DNA of 34,946 nt, taken from Gemmatimonadales bacterium (GTDB taxonomy: Bacteria > Gemmatimonadota > Gemmatimonadetes > Gemmatimonadales > GWC2-71-9). Shown here piece after piece: positions 23,658-32,178 of this stretch; position 1 is the first letter of the stretch; each line of letters starts with the position of its first letter. The notes beneath the pieces were generated by a model. It was not told where the DNA came from and searched no databases. It worked only from the letters and a program-made list of their open reading frames with translations. The stretch lies in NCBI GenBank assembly GCA_025935545.1, contig JAICVB010000002.1, positions 1 through 34,946 on the forward strand. Reading direction: 5' to 3'. A program made the position numbers and the translations under genes.

Positions 23658-24646
23658 GCGGCGCGCATGAGCCGCTCCGCATCCTCGCCGTCACCAACAT
23701 GTATCCCTCGGCCACGCGGCCGTACTTCGGCATCTTCGTGCGCCGCCAGGTGGAGGCGATGCGTGCCGCGGGGGTCGACATGGCCCTCGAGGTGATCGCC
23801 GCAGACCGCGGCGAGGGCGACTACTTCCTGGGCCGCTCGCGCGTGCGGCGCGCGGTGCGCGAGCTCCGGCCCGCCCTGATCCACTGTCACTACGGCTACA
23901 CTCCGCTCGCCGCGGCCTTCACCGGCGCGCCCTACCTGGTCACCCTGTGCGGGGACGACATCAACGGACAGGCCGACGGCCACGGCGGGAGGACCTTCAA
24001 GAGCACGCTCGGCATCGGGGTGACCCAGGTCTTCGCGGGGCTCGCGCGGCGGGTGATCGTGAAGAGCGAGGCGATGCGGCGGCGGCTCTGGCCGGCGGCG
24101 CGCGCCAACAGCGACGTGCTTCCCAACGGGGTCGATACGCGGCTCTTTTCGCCCGGCTCCCGCGCGGCGGCCCGGGCGCGGCTGGGCCTGCCGGCCGATG
24201 GCCTCGTCGTCGCCTTCGTCAACAGTGCGGGGCAGGCGAGCAAGCGCCTCGATGTCGCCGAGGCGGTCCGCGACGAGCTCGCGCGACGCGGCCGGGCGCC
24301 GCACCTGCTCGTTGCCCGCTCCGTTCCCGCCGACGACATGCCGTGGCACTACCGCGCGGCGGACTGCCTGCTCGTCACGTCCGACAGCGAGGGCGCGCCC
24401 AACGTGGCCAAGGAGGCGCTCGCGTGCGGTGTACCGGTGGTGAGCGTGCGCGTCGGCGACGTGCCCGAGGTGATCGACCGCGCCGCCATGGGGGCCGTCG
24501 TGCCGCGTGATCCCCGGCTGCTGGCCGATGCGGTCGCCGCGCTCCCGGCCGCGCCCGATCTGCGCCCCTCCCTCCTGCCCGAGCGCTACACGTCCGAGGC
24601 CATGGTGCGCGGGCTCATGGCCATCTACCGCGCGTGCCTCGCGTGA
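23654..24646 (+). CDS. Glycosyltransferase family 4 (short GT-B)
   Basis: The N-terminus is LRILAVTNMYP and the E-x7-E motif is SEGAPNVAKEALACGVPVV. There is an ATGA overlap with the upstream gene. Confidence 0.8.
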   Translation: MSGAHEPLRILAVTNMYPSATRPYFGIFVRRQVEAMRAAGVDMALEVIAADRGEGDYFLGRSRVRRAVRELRPALIHCHYGYTPLAAAFTGAPYLVTLCGDDINGQADGHGGRTFKSTLGIGVTQVFAGLARRVIVKSEAMRRRLWPAARANSDVLPNGVDTRLFSPGSRAAARARLGLPADGLVVAFVNSAGQASKRLDVAEAVRDELARRGRAPHLLVARSVPADDMPWHYRAADCLLVTSDSEGAPNVAKEALACGVPVVSVRVGDVPEVIDRAAMGAVVPRDPRLLADAVAALPAAPDLRPSLLPERYTSEAMVRGLMAIYRACLA

Positions 24647-26310
24647 CCGCCGTCCCGATCGAGGGGACGGTGGTTGGGAGCCCGGACGCGGACCCGATCG
24701 GCACGGGCTGGCGGCGGCTCGCGCTGCTGCTTTCGATACCCGCCGTGCTCATCGGCGTCGTCGCCTATCCCAACGTCCAGCTCGCCACGATGCCCCTGGG
24801 TGCGGCGCTGCCGGTGCTGCTCGCCGCGGCGGCGCTGATCGTGCTGTCCGGCCGCACCCGGCTCCTCGTCCTCCTGCCGCTCATCTCCGCGTACCTGCCC
24901 TCGGCGGAGATCGGGTTCGTCGCCTATCTCGCGGCGCTCGGCTATTTCGTGCTGGTGTACGGGGGCGCCCGCATCGTGCGGCCGCTCGACGCCCCCGACT
25001 GGGCGCTGCTCGCCGTGCTGCTCTGGACTGTCACCAGCTGGCTGGCCAACCTCGGGGACCAGACCGACCTGTGGTCGCTCCCCGTGTTCACGCTCACCTT
25101 CCTCGCGCCCTGGCTTCTCCTCTTCGTGGCGCGGGCCGCGCCGTGGACCACGGGCGAGATCCGGACCATCGTCGTGACCGTCGCCGGGCTGGCGGCGTCG
25201 CAGCTGGCCCCGGCCCTCCTCAAGCCGATCGCCGCCGGCATGCCCGAGGCGTACAGCGTTCCACTCATCCCGCTCCAGGTGACGCGCGTCGCGCTCATCC
25301 GGAACTTCCTCGCGGCGGGCGAGGCGTCCGACCTGACGTCGGGGAGCACGCCGAGCGCGCATCACCTCGGAATCGCGCTGATGCTGTTCGCGGTCTTCCT
25401 GGTGGCGCTCAACGCGGGCGCCCGGCGGCGCACCCATGCCGGCCTCCTGGCGGTCGTCGTGTTCGTCTTCCTGATGACGGATTCGAAGCACGTGATCCTC
25501 TCCGCCGTGCCGGCGGGACTGATCTTCGGTGCCGCCGTCATCTGGCCGGCGCTGGCGCGGCGGTGGCGCCGGCTGCTCGGCTGGGCGGCGGTCCTCGTGG
25601 CGGTGACGGCGGGACCGGTGCTCGCCGTACGCACCGCGCGCATCGTGATCGACGGGCTCTGGCGCCCCTACATCGTGCTGGCCAAGATCAACCCGAAGGT
25701 GCAGCTCGTGGTGCGCACCAGCCAGCTGCTCGGACGCGGCGACCTCGACACCTGGATCGGCTACGGTCCCGGGAGCTACGCGACGCGCGCCGCGACCATC
25801 CGCGCCACCGACGTGCTGTTCAAGGAAGCGCAGCGCCTGCCCGACTTCATCCCGCCGTGGACGTCGCCGGCATATCGGTCGGTGGCCTACGATCTGTACA
25901 CGGCCGATATCGTCGCGACCGCCCAGTTCCGGAGCGGGGCCCTCACCAACCCGTTCAGCAGCGTGGTCGGCATCGTCGCGGAATACGGCATCGGCGGTTC
26001 GATCGTGGTGGCGATCTTCCTCTGGCTGCTGGCGCGCGAGGGGTTCCGCCGCTGGCGCGACGGCGACGCCGAGCTCCGCGTCCGCGCCGCGGGGGCGACG
26101 CTCGGGTTCGCGGTGCCGTTCCTGGTCGTGCTGGGGATCTTCGACAGCTACTTCGAGCAGCCCGACATCACGGCGGCGATCGTGACGCTCGCGCTGGTGA
26201 CGCTGGCGGGCGGGAGGCCGCTTACGGGGAAGAGCGGCGGCGGAGGGAGGAGCGGAGCTGCTGGTAGCCCGCGGGATCCAGTTCCCGCAGCGACCAGCCC
26301 GCAGCCCTGA
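24643..26310 (+). CDS. Polytopic membrane protein of the Wzy_C / O-antigen ligase-polymerase family
   Basis: It has at least 10 predicted TM helices. TSGSTPSAHHLGIALMLF and WIGYGPGSY resemble the NPN.LG and G.G.G.F signatures of Wzy_C proteins. GTG 24643 overlaps the upstream stop; an alternative GTG lies at 24634. The low-complexity C-tail overlaps the convergent gene by 89 nt. Confidence 0.6.
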   Translation: MTAVPIEGTVVGSPDADPIGTGWRRLALLLSIPAVLIGVVAYPNVQLATMPLGAALPVLLAAAALIVLSGRTRLLVLLPLISAYLPSAEIGFVAYLAALGYFVLVYGGARIVRPLDAPDWALLAVLLWTVTSWLANLGDQTDLWSLPVFTLTFLAPWLLLFVARAAPWTTGEIRTIVVTVAGLAASQLAPALLKPIAAGMPEAYSVPLIPLQVTRVALIRNFLAAGEASDLTSGSTPSAHHLGIALMLFAVFLVALNAGARRRTHAGLLAVVVFVFLMTDSKHVILSAVPAGLIFGAAVIWPALARRWRRLLGWAAVLVAVTAGPVLAVRTARIVIDGLWRPYIVLAKINPKVQLVVRTSQLLGRGDLDTWIGYGPGSYATRAATIRATDVLFKEAQRLPDFIPPWTSPAYRSVAYDLYTADIVATAQFRSGALTNPFSSVVGIVAEYGIGGSIVVAIFLWLLAREGFRRWRDGDAELRVRAAGATLGFAVPFLVVLGIFDSYFEQPDITAAIVTLALVTLAGGRPLTGKSGGGGRSGAAGSPRDPVPAATSPQP

Positions 26311-27292
26311 ACGCGGCCCAGGCCACGGCCAGCGCGGCCGCGAGCACGGCGCCGGTGATCGTCATCCGGGTGCGGCGCGGGAAGTCGCGGTACACCGGCG
26401 CCACCGGTGCCTGCACCAGAGTGAAGACCGGCGTGTCGCGCACCTCGTCGATCTGCGCGTCCTGCAGCTCCCGCGACAGGCGGCCGTACTCGTCGGTGAG
26501 CAGCTCGATGCGGCGGTTCAGCTGCTCGCGCTGGAAGGCGAGGCGGGGGATATCGTTCACGCCGGCCCGATTCGCTTCGAGGAATGCGCGCAAGGCACCC
26601 TCGGCCTGCGCCAGCTGCCCGCGCGAGGTGGCGACCGCGCGCTCGGCGAACCGCCGCCGCTCGGAAGCGGCGGAGCGGCGCGTCTCGAAGTTGAACTGCT
26701 CGAGGTGCTCGTAGAGGCGGCGCGCGACGTCCGCGGCGAGCTGCGCATCGGGCAGCGTGACGTTGAGGGTGATGGTGCCGGTGCGGTCGTTCGTGGTGGT
26801 GCCCACGGCCCTGGCCGACAGGAAATCCACGGCGTCGCTGATCCGGTGGGCGCTGTCGGCGCCGGTGATGTGCAGGATGTCGATGAGCGGCCGCCGTTGC
26901 GCGCGGTTTGCCGGATCCGCGAAGGAGTCGAGGGCCACGCGGGTGAGCACGTCGCGTCCCACCACGACGTCGGCGTAGAACTGGAGGGACCGCGTGCCGC
27001 CGAGGCTCCCCGCGCCCAACTGGCCCGCGAGGGCGGCGAGTCCGCCGGCGGCGCTCGGGTTCAGCGTCCGCTCCTCGAGGGCGAACTTGGCGGTGGCGCG
27101 ATAGCGCGGGTGCGCGAGCAGCGCCCAGGTGGCCGCCACGGCGCCGCCCAGGAGGCCACACAGCGCGATGAGGCGCCAGCGCGCGGCCACCGCCGCGGCG
27201 ACGCGGAGCAGGGAGGTCTGTCGCGGCGGCTCGGCCGGCTCGGCGATGGGGCCCGCGGCTGGGTTCATGGAGCGCGAAACGTCGCGCGGCAC
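26222..27292 (-). CDS. Polysaccharide co-polymerase (Wzz/PCP, chain-length determinant) without kinase domain
   Basis: An N-terminal TM (WRLIALCGLLGGAVAATWALL) and a C-terminal TM (ITGAVLAAALAVAWAAF) flank a ~270-aa region with coiled-coil character (ERRRFAERAVATSRGQLAQAEGALRAFLEAN). There is no Walker A. The start is GTG 27292 or ATG 27268. Confidence 0.7.
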   Translation of the reverse strand: MPRDVSRSMNPAAGPIAEPAEPPRQTSLLRVAAAVAARWRLIALCGLLGGAVAATWALLAHPRYRATAKFALEERTLNPSAAGGLAALAGQLGAGSLGGTRSLQFYADVVVGRDVLTRVALDSFADPANRAQRRPLIDILHITGADSAHRISDAVDFLSARAVGTTTNDRTGTITLNVTLPDAQLAADVARRLYEHLEQFNFETRRSAASERRRFAERAVATSRGQLAQAEGALRAFLEANRAGVNDIPRLAFQREQLNRRIELLTDEYGRLSRELQDAQIDEVRDTPVFTLVQAPVAPVYRDFPRRTRMTITGAVLAAALAVAWAAFRAAGWSLRELDPAGYQQLRSSLRRRSSP

Positions 27293-27317
27293 CGATGTGC
27301 CGTCAAGGGAGGAACGC

Positions 27318-28904
27318 GTGCAGCTGTGGACGTCGGTCGTGGCGGCGGTAGTGGCGGGCGCGGTCCTGCGATTCGCGCCGGGCCTCGCGTGGCGCCGGCA
27401 CGGGATGGACAGCGGCTATCATCTGCTGCTTCGCCGGGAGATCCGCCGCCACGGCATGCGGATGCCGGCGCGCGTCGAGGCGATGCACCTCGACGAGCGG
27501 CAGACCTATCCGTGGGGCTACCACTGGATGCTCGCGCTCCTGCCCGAGCGCCTGCTGCGCGCCGTGCCGCCCTTGCCAACCGTTCTCATCGATGGCGTGC
27601 ATACCGCGCTGGTGGCGCTGCTGGCCGGGTTCATCGCCCCCCGTGCGGTCGCGGGGGTGAGTCCGGCCGCCGCGGCGCTCGCGGCCGGCCTCCTCTTCGC
27701 GACGTCGCCCGCGCTGCTGGTGGTCGGAATCGGTCCCCGCGCGTACGAGATCACGCCGCGGCCCCTGGGTGAGCTGCTCTACTCGATCGTGCTCGCGGCG
27801 GCGGCCGCCGGGGCGGTCGCCGGCGGCGGCTGGCCGGCGATCGTCGCCGCGGCACTCGCGGGCGGCTTCCTGCTCCTCTCCAGCAAGTTCGCCGCGCAGG
27901 TGCTGCTGTTCACGTCGCCGCTCCTTGCGCTCGGCGCCGGCAGCTGGCTTCCGCTCGCGCTGCCGCCGCTCGCGCTCGCGGCTGCGCTGGTGATCTCGCG
28001 CGGGCGGTACCGCTACGTGCTCGCCGCCCACGTCCGCCACCTCCTGATCTTTCGCCGGCGCATCCAGCATGAGCACTCCGCGCTGCGCGACCGGAACGAC
28101 TGGCCGCTCCTGGGCCGGGTACTCGCGGCCGCGCTCCGGCACCCGACCGACCGGGCGGCGCTCGCCGCCGTCGCGCGCGTGGCGGAGCACAACACCATTC
28201 TGCAGTTCGCGCTCCGGAACGTCCTGTGGATCGGCGTGATGGCCCTGGTCGTCCTGGGCGCCTACCCCGCCTGGGGCAGCGCCACGGAGGGATGGCGGCG
28301 CTGGCTCGTGGCCTGGGCAGCGGCGCCGCTCGCGCCGTTCGTCGTGACGTCGGTCCGCTCGATGCGGTTCCTGGGCGAGGCGGAGCGGTATCCCGAGTAT
28401 GCGGTAGCCGCGGTGAGCGTCCTCGCCGGCATCGCACTGATGGCGCCGCGCGTGGACCGGCCCGCGGTCGTGGCCGCCTACGCGCTGCTCCAGCTCCCGG
28501 CGCTGGGCTATTCGTTCATGCGCCAGCGCTGGAGCAGCCGGAGGGGCGTGGGGCCCGAGATGGGCGAGCTTCGGCGCTTCCTCTCCACGGTGCCGCCCGC
28601 CAGCGTGGTGGTGCCGGTGCCGTGGTACAGCGCCTACGTGCTCGCTCCCGACCTCGAGCTCCGTTTCCTCGCGAGCAACGACGCGAGCGTCTGGTACCGC
28701 GACTACGACCGCATCTTTACGGCGTACCCGTGGCCGGTACCCGACCGCGAGGCCTGGCGCCGCACCCACGGCGCGAGCCTGGTGCTGGTGGAAACGCCGC
28801 TGCTCAAGGATGCGCCCTCCGGCGCGCCGCCGTACCAGTTTGCCGACCTGCCCGTCCTCTTCGAGAATGCCCGATTCCGGGTCTATGCCCTGAACGGCGC
28901 GTAG
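27318..28904 (+). CDS. Polytopic membrane protein of unassigned family with a soluble ~130-aa C-terminal domain (possible GT-C-like enzyme)
   Basis: A strong Shine-Dalgarno GGGAGG lies 5 nt upstream of GTG 27318. There are about 10-12 hydrophobic helices. The first loop contains HGMDSGYHLLLRREIRRHG and TYPWGYHWM. The C-terminal hydrophilic domain runs RWSSRRG...FRVYALNGA. It heads the operon that contains wzx. Confidence 0.6.
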   Translation: MQLWTSVVAAVVAGAVLRFAPGLAWRRHGMDSGYHLLLRREIRRHGMRMPARVEAMHLDERQTYPWGYHWMLALLPERLLRAVPPLPTVLIDGVHTALVALLAGFIAPRAVAGVSPAAAALAAGLLFATSPALLVVGIGPRAYEITPRPLGELLYSIVLAAAAAGAVAGGGWPAIVAAALAGGFLLLSSKFAAQVLLFTSPLLALGAGSWLPLALPPLALAAALVISRGRYRYVLAAHVRHLLIFRRRIQHEHSALRDRNDWPLLGRVLAAALRHPTDRAALAAVARVAEHNTILQFALRNVLWIGVMALVVLGAYPAWGSATEGWRRWLVAWAAAPLAPFVVTSVRSMRFLGEAERYPEYAVAAVSVLAGIALMAPRVDRPAVVAAYALLQLPALGYSFMRQRWSSRRGVGPEMGELRRFLSTVPPASVVVPVPWYSAYVLAPDLELRFLASNDASVWYRDYDRIFTAYPWPVPDREAWRRTHGASLVLVETPLLKDAPSGAPPYQFADLPVLFENARFRVYALNGA

Positions 28905-28937
28905 CGACCCGCCCGGGCCGCGCTTAGACTTGTCGCC

Positions 28938-30395
28938 GTGCGGCGGCTCTCCTTCCTCCTCAAGGATTCCCTGGTCTACGGCGTTGCCGGCGCGGTCAAC
29001 CGCGTCGTCAAGATCCTGCTCGTCCCGGTGGTGGCGCGGGCCTTCCCCGTGGAGGTCTTCGGGGCGTACGACGCGGCGGGCGTGTACGTGTACGTCCTCG
29101 CGGTCCTGGCCGTGCTGGGACTCAACTCCTCCGTGATCATCATCGCGACCCGCGACGTCTCCCGCGCGGATGAGGGCCGCCTGGGCGAGACGGCGGGTGT
29201 CGGGCTCCGGATGGTGGCGGGGGCGGCCCTGGTGGTGACGGCGATCATCCTGATGGCTCCGTCACTGGCGAGCCGCATCCTGCTCGGCACCCCGCAGTAC
29301 GGCCGCGAGATCGCCTGGGCGGTCGCGAGCGCCCCCTTCTCCGCGGTGCTCATCTACGCGCTCAGCGTGCTGCAGTGGGCCTTCCGGCGGACGGCCTATG
29401 TGGTCATCGCCCTCGGCTCGGCGGTCCTCACGATCGGCCTGTCGTGGTTCGTGGCGTTCCATACCGGCTGGGGGCTCGTCGGCCTCTTCGCCGCCAACCT
29501 GGCGGGGCAGGCGGTCGGCGCCCTCGCGGCGCTCGCGGCGGCGCGTGACCTCCTCCGGGCACCGTGGAGCGGTGGCGTCGCGCGCCAGATGCTCGCGGTC
29601 GGCCTGCCCTTCGCGGCCATCGCCGTCGCGAGCAACCTGATCCCCTCGCTCGACCGCCTCTTCCTGGTACAGGCACACAGCCTCGCCGACGCGGGCGTCT
29701 ACGGCATGGGACAGAAGATCGCGGCGCTCGCCGGCCTCATCCTCACCGGGTTCCAGGCGGCGTGGCAGCCGTTCGCCTTTTCCCAGCGGGCGGCGGAGGA
29801 CAAGCCGGAGATGTTCGGCCGGGTGTTCCTCCTCATCTGCGGCGTGGCGGGGTTCCTCACCCTCGCGCTCGTCTGCGCCGCGCCGCTCATCGCACGGTAC
29901 GCCGCTACGCCGGCCTATGCGGGCGCGGCTATATTCGTGGGTCCGCTCGCGCTCTCGACCGGCCTCGGCGCCGTCTTCTTCGTGGTCGCGATGGGCTCGC
30001 TGTTCGAGGGCAAGTCGCTGCACAACCTGGTCGCGTACGGCGTCGGGGTCGGCACGACGGTGGTGCTCAACCTGATCTTCCTCGCGCAGGGCGCTCCGCC
30101 GATCGCGATCGCGTGGGCCAACTGCCTGGGGCAGGCCGCGGCGGTGGCCTGCATGACGGTGCTCTCGCAGCGGGTGCATCCGATCCCCTATCCCCTCATC
30201 CGTGGAGTGCTGGTGATGCTCGCCGCCGCCGCCGTTGCCGTGCTCGCGGGCCGCGCCGTACCGGGCTGGTCGCTCGGGGCCGTGGCCGCCGCGCAGCTGG
30301 CGCTCGCGGCCGCGTTCGCGGCGTGGCTCCTCTTCGGGGTGCTCGAGCCGGCCGAGCGGGCCCGCCTGCTCGCGCGGGGGAGCGCCGTTTCGTGA
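28938..30395 (+). CDS. wzx: Wzx-type oligosaccharide flippase (MOP superfamily, polysaccharide biosynthesis protein)
   Basis: It has about 12-14 TM helices. The N-terminus LLKDSLVYGVAGAVNRVVKILLVPVVARAF..EVFGAY and the mid-protein segment GLPFA...L...DRLFL are typical of Polysacc_synt proteins. Confidence 0.7.
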   Translation: MRRLSFLLKDSLVYGVAGAVNRVVKILLVPVVARAFPVEVFGAYDAAGVYVYVLAVLAVLGLNSSVIIIATRDVSRADEGRLGETAGVGLRMVAGAALVVTAIILMAPSLASRILLGTPQYGREIAWAVASAPFSAVLIYALSVLQWAFRRTAYVVIALGSAVLTIGLSWFVAFHTGWGLVGLFAANLAGQAVGALAALAAARDLLRAPWSGGVARQMLAVGLPFAAIAVASNLIPSLDRLFLVQAHSLADAGVYGMGQKIAALAGLILTGFQAAWQPFAFSQRAAEDKPEMFGRVFLLICGVAGFLTLALVCAAPLIARYAATPAYAGAAIFVGPLALSTGLGAVFFVVAMGSLFEGKSLHNLVAYGVGVGTTVVLNLIFLAQGAPPIAIAWANCLGQAAAVACMTVLSQRVHPIPYPLIRGVLVMLAAAAVAVLAGRAVPGWSLGAVAAAQLALAAAFAAWLLFGVLEPAERARLLARGSAVS

Positions 30396-30970
30396 CGCCG
30401 TCTCCGGGCCCCGCCGACGATCTCCTCGCGGCGCTCCGCGCGCTCCACGCCACCCGCTCGGCCGAGGTACGCGAGCGCTGGCAGCGGTCACTCCCGCTGG
30501 CCGACTACGTCGTGGATCGGTGGGAGCGGGCCCGGGGTCTCGGCTTCGGGCCGGGCAGCAGCATCTACGACCAGTCCCTTGTCCTCGGGGACGTCGACGT
30601 CGGCGAGGGCACGTGGATCGGGCCGAATACCGTGCTCGACGGCTCCGGTGGCCTGCGCATCGGGGCCACCTGCAGCATCTCGGCGGGCGTGCAGATCTAC
30701 ACGCACGACTCGGTGCGGTGGGCGCTCTCGGGGGGCCGGGCACCCTATGACCGCGCGCCGGTCGTGATCGGCGACCACTGCTACCTGGGACCCTGCACGG
30801 TGGTCACGAGCGGCGTGACCATCGGGCGGCACTGCCTCATCGGCGCCCACTCGCTCGTGAACCGCGACCTGCCGGACTACTCCATTGCGTGGGGCGTGCC
30901 CTGCCGGGTGGTGGGCCGCGTGGAGGTCTCCGGCGCGGACGTTTCCTTCATCTATTCGGGCACCGCATGA
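30392..30970 (+). CDS. Hexapeptide-repeat (LbH) sugar acetyltransferase
   Basis: Motifs are VGEGTWIGPNTVLDGSGGLRIGATCSISAGVQIYTHD and VVIGDHCYLGPCTVVTSGVTIGRHCLIGAHSLVNRDLP. There is a GTGA overlap with the wzx stop. Confidence 0.8.
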   Translation: MTPSPGPADDLLAALRALHATRSAEVRERWQRSLPLADYVVDRWERARGLGFGPGSSIYDQSLVLGDVDVGEGTWIGPNTVLDGSGGLRIGATCSISAGVQIYTHDSVRWALSGGRAPYDRAPVVIGDHCYLGPCTVVTSGVTIGRHCLIGAHSLVNRDLPDYSIAWGVPCRVVGRVEVSGADVSFIYSGTA

Positions 30971-32178
30971 GCGACTCCCGCCCGGCGCCGATTCCCATTA
31001 CCCGCGCGATCTTCGACCAGGCGGAAGCGGAGGCCGTGGCCGCGGTGCTCGCCTCGGGCTGGGTGGTGCAGGGGCCTCAGGTCGCGGCCTTCGAGGCGGG
31101 CTTCCGGCATTTCACCGACCTGCCCGAGGCGGTGGCCACCACTTCGTGCACTACCGCGCTGCACCTCGCCCTCCTCGCCGAAGGCATCGGCCCCGGCGAC
31201 GAGGTCATCGTGCCCGCCTTCACGTGGGTGGCCTCGGCCAACGCGGTGATCTACTGCGGCGCCACGCCGGTCCTGGCGGACGTGTCGCCGGAGACGTTCA
31301 ACATCACGGCCGAGGAAATCGAGCGACGCCGCACGCCACGCACGCGCGCCGTGATGCCGGTGCACCTCTTCGGGCTGGCGGCCGAAATGGGGTCGATCCT
31401 GGACGTCGCGCGCCGCTGGTCGCTCGCCGTGGTGGAGGATGCGGCCTGCGCCCTCGGTACCCTCTACTGCGGCCGGCATGTGGGGACCTTCGGCGGCGGT
31501 GGTGCGTTCTCGTTCCACCCGCGGAAGGCGATCACCACCGGCGAAGGCGGGATGTACACCACCTCCGACCCCGGGAAGGCCCGGCTGGTGCGATCGCTCC
31601 GCGATCACGGCGCCGCCAAGTCCGACCACGCGCGACACGGTGCGCGCGGGGCCGCCCTGCTCCCCGTGTTCGACATGGTGGGCTACAACTACCGGATGAC
31701 CGACCTGCAGGCCGCGGTCGGCGTGGCGCAGCTCCGGAAGCTGCCGGCCATTCTCGCCGACCGCATCGCCCGGGCCAGGCGCTACGATGCGCTGCTGGGC
31801 GGCGTGGCGGGGCTCATCCCGCCGGTGGAACCGCAGGGGCACCGGCATTCCTATCAGTCGTATGTCTGCCGGCTCGAGACCGATGGCCTCGACGAAGGGG
31901 AGATCGCCCGCGGGAACGCGGTGCGGAACCAGGTCATGCAGGCGCTCGAGGAGGAGCGCATCGCCACGCGCCAGGGCACGCATGCCGTCCATGCGCTCGA
32001 CTACTACGCGCGCACCTTCGGCTACCGGCCCATGGACCTCCCCGGCGCCTGGGCCGCCGATCGGCTCTCGCTCACCCTCCCGCTCTACGCGGGGATGACC
32101 GATGAGGAGCAGGACCGGGTGGTCGAGCGGCTGATCCATCATCTCACGCAGGCCTTCCGGACGGCCGATGCCCGCTGA
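30967..32178 (+). CDS. DegT/DnrJ/EryC1/StrS family PLP aminotransferase (second copy)
   Basis: Motifs are GWVVQGPQV..FE, TSCTTALHLAL, the PLP-lysine motif SFHPRKAITTGEGGM, and GYNYRMTDLQAAVG. There is an ATGA overlap with the upstream gene. Confidence 0.9.
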   Translation: MSDSRPAPIPITRAIFDQAEAEAVAAVLASGWVVQGPQVAAFEAGFRHFTDLPEAVATTSCTTALHLALLAEGIGPGDEVIVPAFTWVASANAVIYCGATPVLADVSPETFNITAEEIERRRTPRTRAVMPVHLFGLAAEMGSILDVARRWSLAVVEDAACALGTLYCGRHVGTFGGGGAFSFHPRKAITTGEGGMYTTSDPGKARLVRSLRDHGAAKSDHARHGARGAALLPVFDMVGYNYRMTDLQAAVGVAQLRKLPAILADRIARARRYDALLGGVAGLIPPVEPQGHRHSYQSYVCRLETDGLDEGEIARGNAVRNQVMQALEEERIATRQGTHAVHALDYYARTFGYRPMDLPGAWAADRLSLTLPLYAGMTDEEQDRVVERLIHHLTQAFRTADAR

